Positions 18,625 through 29,300 of a DNA stretch of 64,000 nt are shown here, piece by piece. Made by a program: the position numbers and the translations under genes. Location of the stretch: assembly GCA_965263035.1 (NCBI GenBank), contig OZ253580.1, positions 1,632,001-1,696,000 of the forward strand. The letters are read 5' to 3'. This DNA comes from Acidobacteriota bacterium. GTDB lineage: Bacteria; Acidobacteriota; UBA6911; RPQK01; JAJDTT01. Positions within the stretch are counted from its first letter, which is position 1, and each line of letters opens with the position of its first letter. The notes beneath the pieces were generated by a model. That model was not told where the DNA came from, searched no databases, and worked only from the letters and a program-made list of their open reading frames with translations.

Positions 18625-20721
18625 TCAGGCCAGGGGCGAGATCAACAGATTCCCGTAGCGGTCCACCTCCACCTGATAGCCCGGCTGGACCAGGGTGGTG
18701 GAATCGATCTCCTCGACGATGGCCGGACCTTCGATCCGATGGCCCGCCTTCAGCCGGGTCCGATCGTAGATGGCCGTCGGCACGAATTCTCCCTGGGACC
18801 CGAAATACACGGGCCTCTCGTCGACAGCGGTTGCGGGGGACCCGTTCGCTGGGGCGACCTCTCTCACCCGCGGCTTCTGGATGGCCCCCAGCGCGGTCAG
18901 CCGGAAGTTCACCAGCTCGATGGGCTGTTCCGGGTAACCGTGACCATAGGCCCGGTCGTGCTCGACGTGGAACCTCTCGACCACGTCCTCCAGATCGCCC
19001 GAGGTCACTTCTCCGCCCGCGCAGTCGATGGGCAGCTCGTAGGATTGCCCCGCGTACCGCATTTCGATCTGCCGCTGAAAGCTGATCTCCTCTTCCGCCA
19101 ACCCCTCGCGAATCAGACCTTCCCTGCCCTGCCCCTCCATATCGGTGAAGATGCGATTGATCTCGCCGAAGTTCGCCTGGTCTTTGGGCATGATCCGGGT
19201 GCGGGAGAACTCATGCTTGAGATCGGTGACCAGCAAACCCAGCGCGGAGGCGGTGCCCGGGCTCGGGGGCACGATGAGCAGCGGGATCTGCATCTCGGCG
19301 CAGAGGCGATTGGCGTGCAGCGGCCCGGCCCCGCCGAAGGCCACCATCACCAGGTCCCGGGGGTCGTAGCCGCGCCGAACGGTGGTGATCCGCAGGGCGT
19401 TGGTCATCTCGGCGTTGGCGATCTCCACGATCCCGTTGGCGCATTCCACCACTTCCATTGAGAGGCGCTGTGCGCACCGGCTGCGGATCCCTTCCCGGGC
19501 GTCGTCCAGGTCGAGACCCATCTCCCCGCCCAGAAAGAACTCGGGATTGAGCCGGCCCAGAACCAGATTGGCGTCGGTGATGGTGGGATCCGTCCCGCCG
19601 TGTCCATAGCAGATGGGCCCCGGATCGGCTCCCGCGCTCTGGGGCCCCACTCTCAGAATTCCTCCCGTGTCCACCCAGGCGATGCTGCCTCCTCCCGCGC
19701 CGATTTCGACCAGGTCGATGACGGGGGTCCGGATCGGGTATCCGCTGCCGCGGGACTGGCCGACTCCGGGCAAGGCCTGGGCGCCGACCTCGTACTCCTT
19801 GGTCACCTTGGGGCGCCCGTCCAGGATCAGACCCACCTTGGCCGTGGTGCCCCCCATGTCGAAGGAGATGACGTCCTTGTACCCCAGGCCGCCGGCGATG
19901 AAGTTGGAGACGATCACGCCGGCGGCCGGTCCCGACTCCACCATGTAGGCCGGCTTCTCGGCCCCGGTTTCGAAGGTCAGCACTCCGCCGCTGGACTGCA
20001 TGACCAGAAACTCGCCCGACACCCCCTGTCCCCTCAACCGCTTCTCGATCCCCCGCAGATAGCGGGTGATCACCGGCCGGACGCAGGCGTTGATGACGGT
20101 GGTGCTGGCGCGGAAGTACTCCCGGAATTCGGGGCAGACGACGGAAGAGAGAGAGATGATCAGGCTCGGGTTCCGTTCCCGCAATATTTCGCCGACCCGC
20201 AACTCGTGTGCCGGATTCAGATAGGAGTGCAGGAGGCAGACGGCCACCGAAACCACGCCTTCCCGGTCCAACTTGGCGGCGACCTCGCGCACCCGCTCCT
20301 CGTCCAGGGCCAGCAGCACGTTCCCCTCGGCATCCAATCGTTCGGGGACCTCGAAGCAGAGGTCGCGTGGAACCAGAGGCCGGGGCTTCTCGAAATGGAT
20401 GTCGTAGAGGGAAGGCCGGACCTGCCGTCCGATCTCCAGCATGTCGCGGAAGCCTCCGGTGGTGATGAAGGCGCAGCGGGGCGTCTTCCCTTCGATCAGG
20501 GCGTTGGTGGCCACCGTCGTGCCGTGCACCAGGTAGGAAATTTGCTCAGGTTCCAAGCCATCCTTCAGGATCCGGTCCACGGCGTTCACGAAACCGACCG
20601 CGGGATCGCTGGGAGTCGAGGGGACCTTGGCGGTCTGAGTTTCGCCGGTCTCCTCAGAGATCAGGACCGCGTCGGTGAAGGTGCCCCCCACGTCGACGCC
20701 CACTCGAAATCGGGCTTTCAT
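18625..20721 (-). CDS. hyuA: Hydantoinase/oxoprolinase subunit A (N-methylhydantoinase A family)
   Basis: GVDVGGTFTD, HGTTVATNA, ESGPAAG, DMGGTT, GAGGGS, AFGGAGPLH. Confidence 0.93.
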   Translation of the reverse strand: MKARFRVGVDVGGTFTDAVLISEETGETQTAKVPSTPSDPAVGFVNAVDRILKDGLEPEQISYLVHGTTVATNALIEGKTPRCAFITTGGFRDMLEIGRQVRPSLYDIHFEKPRPLVPRDLCFEVPERLDAEGNVLLALDEERVREVAAKLDREGVVSVAVCLLHSYLNPAHELRVGEILRERNPSLIISLSSVVCPEFREYFRASTTVINACVRPVITRYLRGIEKRLRGQGVSGEFLVMQSSGGVLTFETGAEKPAYMVESGPAAGVIVSNFIAGGLGYKDVISFDMGGTTAKVGLILDGRPKVTKEYEVGAQALPGVGQSRGSGYPIRTPVIDLVEIGAGGGSIAWVDTGGILRVGPQSAGADPGPICYGHGGTDPTITDANLVLGRLNPEFFLGGEMGLDLDDAREGIRSRCAQRLSMEVVECANGIVEIANAEMTNALRITTVRRGYDPRDLVMVAFGGAGPLHANRLCAEMQIPLLIVPPSPGTASALGLLVTDLKHEFSRTRIMPKDQANFGEINRIFTDMEGQGREGLIREGLAEEEISFQRQIEMRYAGQSYELPIDCAGGEVTSGDLEDVVERFHVEHDRAYGHGYPEQPIELVNFRLTALGAIQKPRVREVAPANGSPATAVDERPVYFGSQGEFVPTAIYDRTRLKAGHRIEGPAIVEEIDSTTLVQPGYQVEVDRYGNLLISPLA

Positions 20722-22478
20722 TCTTCGCTTCCTCTTGCCTTCAGCTTTTCGCGCAGTCTTGCCGTCTCGCCCAGGTCGACCGTCCAGTCTTCCGTGTCGA
20801 CGGACACCCCGTAGGCGTCGCGGGCGCGGGCCGGAGAAATCTTCTCTTCCCGCACGTCGCGCAGCACGCGCTCCGGGTCCCGTTCCCAGGGGGGCCCGTA
20901 TCCGCCGCCGCCGCAGGTCTCGATCCGGATGCGCTCACCCAGTCTCACCTGATCCGTTCCCTTGGAAGGCAGCTTTCGCGGGCTCCCGTCCAAAAACGAC
21001 AGGTAACGCGCCGGCTTGCCGTCCCCGCCCTGAAACAGGCCCCAGGGAGGGAACTTGGCCCGGTCCGCCAGGGTCGTGAACACCGGTTCGTGTCCCGTAA
21101 AGGCGTATTCCCTGCAGAGCCCCAAACCGCCCCGGAAGCGTCCGGCGCCCTCCGAGTCCGGGATCAGGCTGTAACGGGTGATCCGGACCGGATAGTTGAG
21201 CTCCGTCTCTTCGATGGGAGCGTTCTGGGTGTTCTGGATGTGCGTCTGGACGGCGTCCGGTCCGTCGGAATCGATCCGCCCTCCGTAGCCGCCGGCCAGA
21301 GTTTCCAGATAGGTGTAGTAGTCGCCGGTTCGGGGATCCTCCCCGCCGAAGCCCACGTGGCAGATCATTCCCTTGGTTCCGGCGGGCACCCGGTCCGGAA
21401 CCGCTTGGGACAGGGCTTTGAAGAGAACTTCACACAGGCGCATGGAGACCTCCCAACCGCCCACGATGGCGCCCGGGTGGCGGGCGTTGAGGACCAACCC
21501 CTTCGGAGCGATCACCTCGATCGGCTGGTAGAAGCCCTCGTTGACCGGGATGTCCGGATCCACCAGGCACTTCAGGACATAGACGCAGGCGGTGAAGGTC
21601 TGGGTGAGGTTGCTGTTCATGGGGGCCGACCGCTGCGGGTCCGTCCCCCTGAAGTCGAATCTGATTTTGCGGCCCTCCATAGTGACCTTGGCCTTCAGGT
21701 GCACGGGACGGTCCGTGATGCCGTCGTCATCGAGCCAGCCCTCCGCTTCGTAGGTCCCCTGAGGCAGTTTCTCCAGTTCCCCTTCGATTCGCCGCGCCGT
21801 GTACTCCAGCAGCCGGTCGACGTAGAAGTCGAGGGTCTCTTTTCCGTATCGATCCAGAAGCGCCGTCAGCCGCCGCATTCCCATGTTGTTGGCCGCGATC
21901 TGGGCCCGGAGGTCGCCGCCCACTTCCCGGTCGGCCCGCACGTTGGCCAGGATCATCTTCCAGAGGCCCGGATGGATCTCTCCGCGAGAGACCAGCTTCA
22001 CCACGGGGAGAATGATGCCCTCCTGGTAGATCTCCCGAAACGCTCCAATGCTGGCGGGAGCCCCGCCCCCCACGTCCACGTGGTGACAGCAGTTGCTCAC
22101 GTAGCCCACCAGCTCCCCCCGATGGAAAAAAGGAGCGATGAGAAAAATGTCGTTCAGGTGGCTACCCTGCCGGTGGGGGTCGTTGACCACCAGCATGTCC
22201 CCCGGCTCCAGATTCTCGCTGCCGTATTCCTGAACCGAGCGCGGGATCAGACGGCCGATGGTGACCAGATGCGCCGGCTGGCAGAAGGCCTGCGCCACCA
22301 TCCTGCCCTGCGCATCCACGAAGGCGCAGGAATAGTCGAGCCGAGTCTTGACGTTGGTGGAGAAGGCGGTTCGTTGAATGGAGACCGACATTTCCTCGGT
22401 CACCTCCACCAGAGCGTTTCGAATCACTTCGAAGAGAATCGGATCGACCTTGCGGTTTCCGGGTGCTACGGGTTCCAT
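20718..22478 (-). CDS. hyuB: Hydantoinase/oxoprolinase subunit B
   Basis: DPILFEVIRNAL, NDPH..GSHLND, HHVDVGG, IYQEG, GRFRGGLG, CGGGGYG; overlaps the hyuA start. Confidence 0.93.
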   Translation of the reverse strand: MEPVAPGNRKVDPILFEVIRNALVEVTEEMSVSIQRTAFSTNVKTRLDYSCAFVDAQGRMVAQAFCQPAHLVTIGRLIPRSVQEYGSENLEPGDMLVVNDPHRQGSHLNDIFLIAPFFHRGELVGYVSNCCHHVDVGGGAPASIGAFREIYQEGIILPVVKLVSRGEIHPGLWKMILANVRADREVGGDLRAQIAANNMGMRRLTALLDRYGKETLDFYVDRLLEYTARRIEGELEKLPQGTYEAEGWLDDDGITDRPVHLKAKVTMEGRKIRFDFRGTDPQRSAPMNSNLTQTFTACVYVLKCLVDPDIPVNEGFYQPIEVIAPKGLVLNARHPGAIVGGWEVSMRLCEVLFKALSQAVPDRVPAGTKGMICHVGFGGEDPRTGDYYTYLETLAGGYGGRIDSDGPDAVQTHIQNTQNAPIEETELNYPVRITRYSLIPDSEGAGRFRGGLGLCREYAFTGHEPVFTTLADRAKFPPWGLFQGGDGKPARYLSFLDGSPRKLPSKGTDQVRLGERIRIETCGGGGYGPPWERDPERVLRDVREEKISPARARDAYGVSVDTEDWTVDLGETARLREKLKARGSEE

Positions 22479-22613
22479 GGATTGACCTTGTTCTCAGGAT
22501 GTGGAAGTGGACTCACCCGTCGCCGATCGATCTGCTCGGGCGGGAAAACCGCGCCCCGGCCGCAGGGGTCCGGCCCGGCGTTTCTGCGGCTGAAACACCC
22601 GTCGCGTTGAAGC

Positions 22614-24428
22614 TCATTCTGAGCCCTTGGCGGGGATGACCGGAAGCAAAATATGGGACGGATAGCCTTCGTCGTGATAGACCGTCTGGGTGGCCACCAC
22701 GATTTCCGGATCGATTCCGAGGGCGCCGCCGTTGTTCAGATTGCGGTCGAAACGGGGGAAGTTGCTGCTGGAGACTTCGATCCGAATGCTGTGGCCCGGC
22801 AGGAAGGCGTGGCCCGTCACCCCCATCTTGACGTTGAATTCGTAGACCGTGCCCGGTGTCATCAGGACCGGCGTTTCGAATGATTCCCGGAAGCGGGCCC
22901 GCAGGATTCCCTCGCACAGGTTGACGGACCGTCCATCGGGAAAGACGTCCAGCAACCGGACGGTCCAGTCGGTGTCCAACGCGGAGCTGCTGGCGTAGAC
23001 CTTCGCGTTCACCGGTCCCGTGACTTCCAGCTCTTGCTCCATCTCACTGCTGGTATAGACCAACACGTCGTCTCTCCGCTCGATGGGACGGTGATCGGCG
23101 GGAGGATGGGACCCGTCCCGGATCCCGGTCACGAGAGGCACCGGGTCTTCGGGATCGTAGACGTAGGAATCTGCGGGCTGATCCCCTTCCGGTTTCTCGA
23201 CGCCGAGAGATCCGTCTCCGAAGAGCGTGTTGGCACGGCCTTCGCTGTGGAGATAGTAGGGCGTCCACCGGGTCTCGGGCAGCGGCCACTTCTCCGCCTC
23301 CCTCCACTGGTTCCTTCCCATGACGAAGAGCTTCAGCGGCGGCTCCTCCTCGATGCCGTTCTCGATCCCCTTCAGCCAGCGGTCCATCCACCCCAGCCAG
23401 AGTTCGTAGAGGTCGATGACCGAGTCTTCGCCGAAGTCGATGATGCCGTACTTCTGCTGCGGCCGGTCGGTATGGACCCAGGGCCCCATGACGACCTTTT
23501 GAAGCCGCTTCGCCCGTTCGGTTCCTTCGGTCTGAATGCCGTCGTAGTTGGCGAAGAGGGACACGCCATGGATGTCCCACCACCCGGCGATCTGCAGGAT
23601 GGGCAGGTCCATCTTCGCGAACTTGCCGTAGTTGCCGATCTTCTTCCAGTAGTCGTCCCAACTCGAATGGCGCACCCAGTCCCGATAGAAATCGATGGGC
23701 CGGCCGGTGGCCTCCTCGTCCGCGGTCAGGATCGGCAGGTGGCGGAAGAGCTTGTCCCAGTCGTAGAAGCTGGTCGGCTGCCGGGTGACGGAACTGTTGG
23801 CCATGGCCCAGGGGAGGTTGATATGCAGCTGAAAGGCGCCCCCCGTGTAGTTCATCCCGTAGAGGTAGTAGTCGGCCGGTGCCATCTGGGGAATGATGGT
23901 CTTGAGGTGGGGAGATCCGGTGGGGGCCGCCATCCATTGGACCAGGCCCATGTAGGACATCCCGTTCATTCCCACGTTGCCGTCGGACCAGGGCTGCGTC
24001 CCGCACCAGTCGAGAGTGTCCCTTCCGTCGTCGATTTCGGGGTACCACGCGTACCACTTGCCGTCGGAGTCGTTCCGTCCGCGGCAGTCCTGAATGACGT
24101 AGACGTAACCCCGCCGGGCGAAGTACAGGGCCCTCTCCACGTACCAATTGCCACCGTTGCCGTAGGGGGTCCGCTCCAGGATGACGGGCCACTTGCCCTC
24201 CTGATCGGGCAGGTAGACGTCGGCGGACAACTCGACGCCGTCCCGCATGGGGACCCGGACGTCGATTCGTATCGCCACTTCGTGGTCGGGCTGGGACAGG
24301 TGGTCCTTCCAACTGTGACTCTCACCCGGAAGGGTTGAAATCGACGCGAATGCGAGGAGTCCGGAGACGAACACGCAACCTGTCTGAAAATGTCTTGACC
24401 GCTTGCGCGAAGCCGGTTGGGAGCTCAA
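22614..24428 (-). CDS. CocE/NonD family hydrolase (1)
   Basis: VPMRDGVELSAD, RTPY, QDCRG, nucleophile GMSY, GPWVH, SSSNFPRFDRN. Confidence 0.92.
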   Translation of the reverse strand: MSSQPASRKRSRHFQTGCVFVSGLLAFASISTLPGESHSWKDHLSQPDHEVAIRIDVRVPMRDGVELSADVYLPDQEGKWPVILERTPYGNGGNWYVERALYFARRGYVYVIQDCRGRNDSDGKWYAWYPEIDDGRDTLDWCGTQPWSDGNVGMNGMSYMGLVQWMAAPTGSPHLKTIIPQMAPADYYLYGMNYTGGAFQLHINLPWAMANSSVTRQPTSFYDWDKLFRHLPILTADEEATGRPIDFYRDWVRHSSWDDYWKKIGNYGKFAKMDLPILQIAGWWDIHGVSLFANYDGIQTEGTERAKRLQKVVMGPWVHTDRPQQKYGIIDFGEDSVIDLYELWLGWMDRWLKGIENGIEEEPPLKLFVMGRNQWREAEKWPLPETRWTPYYLHSEGRANTLFGDGSLGVEKPEGDQPADSYVYDPEDPVPLVTGIRDGSHPPADHRPIERRDDVLVYTSSEMEQELEVTGPVNAKVYASSSALDTDWTVRLLDVFPDGRSVNLCEGILRARFRESFETPVLMTPGTVYEFNVKMGVTGHAFLPGHSIRIEVSSSNFPRFDRNLNNGGALGIDPEIVVATQTVYHDEGYPSHILLPVIPAKGSE

Positions 24429-24513
24429 TCGCTCCTCCCCTACGAAATAGTCGCCAGGACCAGACGAAATGCTCGCCAGAGACTAACGCCTGGGGGGTCT
24501 CCGGTCAATCGCA

Positions 24514-24600
24514 GGAGCGGCGGTTTCCAACCGCCGACAGGAGCGGCGATTTCTAATCGCCGATTCGGGGACGCAGGGGGACAAGACTGTCCCCCTTCCT
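24514..24600. repeat. REP-like palindrome cluster
   Basis: GGAGCGGCGGTTTCCAACCGCC, GGAGCGGCGATTTCTAATCGCC, GGGGGACAAGACTGTCCCCC. Confidence 0.8.
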
Positions 24601-27600
24601 AGTCCGACCTCCCAGTCGAACCGGTCAGGAAGCTCAACAGGTGGGACATATCCGTCACGCTGATCTCCTCTTCCAGGCCTTCCGGCATGCCGGACACGCT
24701 GGAGACGAACATGGCGCGGATGTTCTCCCGCGGAATTGCGGTTTCCGAGCCGTCTTCCCTGCGGAGCGTCACCGATACGGGAGTCTGGGAAGCGATGACC
24801 CCTTCCTGCAGAACTCCGTTGTTCAACTCCACCACGTACAGTTGGTAGTTGTCCGCGATGGCCCGGCTCGGCAGCATGATGTCCGCCAGCAATTCCTGCC
24901 GCGACCGATGCCGCACCGGCGCCAGATCGGGTCCGAACCCGGCGTCCGTGCCCTCGATCTCGTGACATGTTTCGCAGTTCTTCTCGAAGACCGCGGCGCC
25001 CTGAACCGAATCCCCCGCGACACCCAAAGCGGCCCGGTACCGCTCCAGGGCGGCGAGCCGGCGCTTGTCCAGCTTGCGCATCAGGTCATGGACCCGAGCC
25101 CGGATCGGCGGGTCCGCGTGCATCACCAGGCGCGACTTGTGCCTCTGGCTGATGGTCCAGAAAGGCACGTCTTCATTCTCGATCGCCGTCATCAGGAGCT
25201 CGACGGTCTCCGGCTTGGAGAGCAGCGTCGCGGCGGCTCCCAGGCGTACGCCCGTCGTCATCTCCCTCCATTTGGAAATCAGCAGTGTCCCCACCTCGTC
25301 GCTTTCCGTCTGCGCCATTGCCCGGACCGCGGCGACCTGGACTCCCTCCGGTTCCTGGGGATCCAGCAGTCCGGCCAACAGGTCGAACCTGGATTTTCCA
25401 TCCAGAAGCGCCAGGAGACGCACCGAATCGGCCCTCAGAGCCGGGGCCAGCGCGCGGTCCTCGATCCTGGCCAGGACTCGATCCGTACGGGACTTCCCCA
25501 CCGGGCTCAGCGGCTTCGGCGCCAGATCCAGGAGCCGTAGCGCCGCGCTTCGGAGCAGCGGTGAGGACGCCTCGGCCAACGCCAGCAGACGCCGGATCGC
25601 GAGGCCTCGAGTCCGGTCGTCTCCCGAGCCCTGCCGAATCCCCTGGGCCAGCCCCTCCAGGCTGGCCGCGCGCCACCAGTCGGAATTCGGCTTGCCCCGT
25701 TTGGAGACCCGTTCGAAGAGCCGCCGGATCGCCGCAGGATCGCCCGCCGCGCCGACGAGCGCCCCGATCTGGCGGAAGAACTCGACCCTCTGTTTCGACG
25801 CCGATTCTGAGAACTCGGACACGGCCAGTTCCAGCAGCTCGAGCGGGCGGAGTGCGGATGCGCTCAGCGCCGCGAGCTGCACCCAGGGGTCTTCCATGTC
25901 CCGCAACAGCAACTGGCGGCTCGCCCGGCGCGCTGCCGGGGAATCCAGCCAACCCAGCGTGCAGAGCAGCTGGAAGCGCACCGCCGGTTGGGCGTCCTCC
26001 GTCATCGCCAGCAGCTCCTCCACCAGACCGGGTGCCTGGTCCAATCTCGCCTCCGCCAACCGGATCCCGTTTTCCCGGATCCCGGGTTCCGGGTCCTTGA
26101 GAGCTTGCCGGATGTCGGAAGGTGCCAGGCCGCCCAGACCGTCGAGGGTCCACAGAGCATGCAGCCGGGTGTCGGCACCGGGACTTGCGTGGAATATCTC
26201 CCTGAGCCGATCGACCGCTTCCCGACTCTGGCGGTCCAACAGCATTCGCTGCGCATGAGTCCTCCACCAGGCATTGGGATGGTCCAGGGACTCCACCAGC
26301 TCCACGTCCGAAGCCCGGCTCATCGCCAGGCTCGGATTCCAGGGCACGGGATTCTCCGAGTCCGGAGTGATCCGGTAGATCCGGCCGTGCTGCTCCCCCT
26401 CGTAGAGAGCCTCAGGTCCCCGCCCCGGGTCGTGGAACTCGTCCGACATCCATTCCGGGTGCTCGATGATCCGACGGTAGTAGTCCACGACGTAAAGGGC
26501 TCCGTCCGGTCCCACGTAGACGAAGACGGGCCGGAACCAATGATCCGTGGAGGCCAGAAACTCCGTCTCATCCTGAACCCGGCTGGCTTGCAGGGTGACC
26601 CCGCCCTCCTTGAGGACGTCGCAGTGAACCAGGTTGTGGGCCGGGTCGGCCACGAAGGAGGCCTGATCGTACGGGGAGGGAAAAAGGCCGCCGGAATAGA
26701 CGGCGATTCCGCAGGCCGAAGTGAAGTTCCCGATGTCGGTCAGGATTCGATGTTTCGGGTTCAGAGTGACCGGATAGACGCGAGGCGGATGATCGGAGAC
26801 GTCTTTGGAGGTGGCGGCGGCGCGCAGCGCAGGGTTTCGGCTCAGATAGGGAGCGGCCAGGACCTGCTGGCGGATGTGCCGGACGCTGTTCAGAGTCAAC
26901 AGGCGTCCCCAGCGATCGAAACTCAAGCCGAAACCACTGCTTCCGGAAACCGCCTCCAGTTCATGCGTGTCGGGCCGAAAACGGAGATTGCCGATTCGGT
27001 TCTCCAGTTGAACGCCCTTTTCTCGGCCGGGGAACCGGATCCTGGATCCCTCGTCGCCGAACTTTTCCCGGAAAATAACGGTCCTGATGGGGGGCTCGTG
27101 AGCCAGGTAGATCCAGTTGTCCAGCCCGTAGCGCGGGTTGCTCACCGTGTGCTGCGGGTTGGTCAGGGCGAAACCGGTCAGAACGGCGGATTTGATGTCG
27201 GCCCGGTTGTCTCCGTCGCTGTCCTCCAGATACCAGACGTCCGGAGCATCGGTCACCAACACCCCATTTTTCCAACGCAGGACTCCCGTCGGCAGCGTCA
27301 GCCCGTCGGCGAAGACCGTGCTGCTGTCCGGCAGTCCGTCGCCGTCGGTGTCTTGCAGCAACTTCACGCGGCCGTTCCTTCCCGTATCGAGCGGGTAGCC
27401 GATCATTTCCACCACGTAGACGCGGCCCTGCTCGTCGATCTCCATGGCGATCGGATCTTGAATCAGGGGTTCCGCGGCGAAGACCTCGATTCGGAAGCCC
27501 GCTTCCAGGACGAAAGTCTCAAGCGCTTCTTGCGGGCCGAAAGGGGGGCCGGGCCGGGCGCATGCGGAGAGCAGCAGCGTCGTTCCCAGAAGGGCATAGA

Positions 27601-27652
27601 GCGCACGCCGCCATGTCGGCGGAGCCGGTTTCGGTACCGGTTGAATGAGCAT
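24599..27652 (-). CDS. PVC-type heme-binding (CxxCH) membrane-bound dehydrogenase-domain protein
   Basis: Lipobox LSAC; FAAEPLIQDP beta-propeller start; DHWFRPV; GPDGALYV; HEAT-like repeats; C-terminal CETCH...SGMPEGL. Start uncertain. Confidence 0.88.
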   Translation of the reverse strand: MLIQPVPKPAPPTWRRALYALLGTTLLLSACARPGPPFGPQEALETFVLEAGFRIEVFAAEPLIQDPIAMEIDEQGRVYVVEMIGYPLDTGRNGRVKLLQDTDGDGLPDSSTVFADGLTLPTGVLRWKNGVLVTDAPDVWYLEDSDGDNRADIKSAVLTGFALTNPQHTVSNPRYGLDNWIYLAHEPPIRTVIFREKFGDEGSRIRFPGREKGVQLENRIGNLRFRPDTHELEAVSGSSGFGLSFDRWGRLLTLNSVRHIRQQVLAAPYLSRNPALRAAATSKDVSDHPPRVYPVTLNPKHRILTDIGNFTSACGIAVYSGGLFPSPYDQASFVADPAHNLVHCDVLKEGGVTLQASRVQDETEFLASTDHWFRPVFVYVGPDGALYVVDYYRRIIEHPEWMSDEFHDPGRGPEALYEGEQHGRIYRITPDSENPVPWNPSLAMSRASDVELVESLDHPNAWWRTHAQRMLLDRQSREAVDRLREIFHASPGADTRLHALWTLDGLGGLAPSDIRQALKDPEPGIRENGIRLAEARLDQAPGLVEELLAMTEDAQPAVRFQLLCTLGWLDSPAARRASRQLLLRDMEDPWVQLAALSASALRPLELLELAVSEFSESASKQRVEFFRQIGALVGAAGDPAAIRRLFERVSKRGKPNSDWWRAASLEGLAQGIRQGSGDDRTRGLAIRRLLALAEASSPLLRSAALRLLDLAPKPLSPVGKSRTDRVLARIEDRALAPALRADSVRLLALLDGKSRFDLLAGLLDPQEPEGVQVAAVRAMAQTESDEVGTLLISKWREMTTGVRLGAAATLLSKPETVELLMTAIENEDVPFWTISQRHKSRLVMHADPPIRARVHDLMRKLDKRRLAALERYRAALGVAGDSVQGAAVFEKNCETCHEIEGTDAGFGPDLAPVRHRSRQELLADIMLPSRAIADNYQLYVVELNNGVLQEGVIASQTPVSVTLRREDGSETAIPRENIRAMFVSSVSGMPEGLEEEISVTDMSHLLSFLTGSTGRSD

Positions 27653-27705
27653 GGACCGCACTCTTTCCCGAGCCCGAAAAAGTCGATCGCCGACGCTACG
27701 AAGAG

Positions 27706-28698
27706 TCATTGTGCACGGGGAATCACGGACTGCTGACCCGCCGCCTGAAGTTTTCTTCTCATCTTGTCGAGCATGTCGTCGACCATGCCGTCGATGTCGT
27801 ACTCGGGGTTCCATCCCCATTCCCGCCGGGCGGCGCTGTCGTCGAGTGAGCGGGGCCAGGAGTCGGCGATCGCCTGGCGGAGCGGGTCGATCTCGTAGTC
27901 CATCTTGAATTCGGGGATCCTTTTCCGAATGGCGGCGGCCAGTTCCGCGGGGGTGAAGCTCATGGCGGCGACGTTGAAGTCCGCATGGTGACCGAGCTGC
28001 AAGAAATCGGCTTCCGCCAAGTCGATGATCGCCTTGACGGCATCCGGCATATACATCATCGGGAGACGGGTTTCGGGCGCGAGGAAACAGGTGTACCGCT
28101 GCTCTCGAATGGCCCCGAAAAAGATCAGGACGGCGTAGTCCGTGGTACCCGCGGTCGGCTCCTGGTCCATGCAGCTGACGATTCCCGGCAGCCGCAGGCC
28201 GCGAACGTCCAGGCCCACCTTCGTCGAGTAGTAGTTCCCCAGCAGCTCGCCGAACACCTTGGCGATTCCATAGAGGGTGTTCGGCTTCTGGATGGTGTCG
28301 TTGGGGGTGGGATCACGGGGCGTCTCCGGACCGAACGCCGCGATGGAACTGGGGGCGATGACCCTCTCCACCCCGCAGGCGTGAGCGCCCTCCAGGACAT
28401 TGTAGAGGCCATTGATGTTGACCTCGTGCCCGCGCTGCCGTTCCTGCTCCGCCAGTGCGGAGAGGATGGTGCTCAGGTGATGGATGGTGCCGATCTCGTA
28501 TTTCCGGATCGTGTCTACGATCTGGCCATAGTCGGTCACATCGACCACGGTGGTGGGACCGTTTCTGATCGTTGCATCGGGCAGCGGCGTCCTGTGGCCG
28601 GCCGCCACCACCGTCTCGCTCCCGTAACGCTCTCTCAACGCGGGAACCAGGTCCTGACCGATCTGACCGGCCGCGCCGGTGACCAATATTCGCTTCAT
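27706..28698 (-). CDS. L-threonine 3-dehydrogenase-like extended SDR (NAD-dependent epimerase family)
   Basis: GAAGQIG, SSIAAFG, YGIAK, GTTDYAV, QAIADSWP. Confidence 0.85.
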   Translation of the reverse strand: MKRILVTGAAGQIGQDLVPALRERYGSETVVAAGHRTPLPDATIRNGPTTVVDVTDYGQIVDTIRKYEIGTIHHLSTILSALAEQERQRGHEVNINGLYNVLEGAHACGVERVIAPSSIAAFGPETPRDPTPNDTIQKPNTLYGIAKVFGELLGNYYSTKVGLDVRGLRLPGIVSCMDQEPTAGTTDYAVLIFFGAIREQRYTCFLAPETRLPMMYMPDAVKAIIDLAEADFLQLGHHADFNVAAMSFTPAELAAAIRKRIPEFKMDYEIDPLRQAIADSWPRSLDDSAARREWGWNPEYDIDGMVDDMLDKMRRKLQAAGQQSVIPRAQ

Positions 28699-28733
28699 GG
28701 GCTGGTCCCACAAGGTGCGGGAAATGACACGCG

Positions 28734-29300
28734 TCATCCTTCCTGCGGTTCAGTTTCGGCCCCGGCACCACCTTGTTGCAGGGAACCGGAAACTCGTTCC
28801 ACTGCTTGCCGAAATGATTTCGGATCGATCGCCGGATATCGATTGAGCTTGGACTCGATTGCGGCAAAAAGACGCATCAGAGTCTCCGGCTCGATCCACC
28901 CGCCTCGACCCAGCGCTTCGACGTCCATCAGATCCTGGGAATGGCGCCGCTCTATCTTTGCGAGCGCTTGAGAATACGGATCGTAGTGATAGAAGGACAT
29001 CCTTCCCTCACGATCAGCGAACAGACTTCGTTCCCGCCACCCGGGAAGCTCGGGGATGAAGTCGGCCGGTGACGCCAACTCCACGTTAATTTCCAGATCC
29101 TCTTTCAGCCGCGGAACCGCCCTGAAGACCTGATCGGTTTCGGGAAAGAACCGGATATCCACGTCGACTGTGGTTGAGCGCCAGCCCAGGAGAACCGCAG
29201 TCGCTCCGCCCGTAAAGTAAAGCCGGGTCTCGACCGGCGCCGCTCTGCCGACCGCGCGCATGAATCGTCGGATTCGATCCAGGTCTGCTAGTTTGCGCAT
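28734..29300 (-). CDS. Minimal nucleotidyltransferase (DUF6036-like), putative TA component
   Basis: YFTGGATAVL..R.TTVDVD, ALAKIERRHSQDLMDV. Confidence 0.75.
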   Translation of the reverse strand: MRKLADLDRIRRFMRAVGRAAPVETRLYFTGGATAVLLGWRSTTVDVDIRFFPETDQVFRAVPRLKEDLEINVELASPADFIPELPGWRERSLFADREGRMSFYHYDPYSQALAKIERRHSQDLMDVEALGRGGWIEPETLMRLFAAIESKLNRYPAIDPKSFRQAVERVSGSLQQGGAGAETEPQEG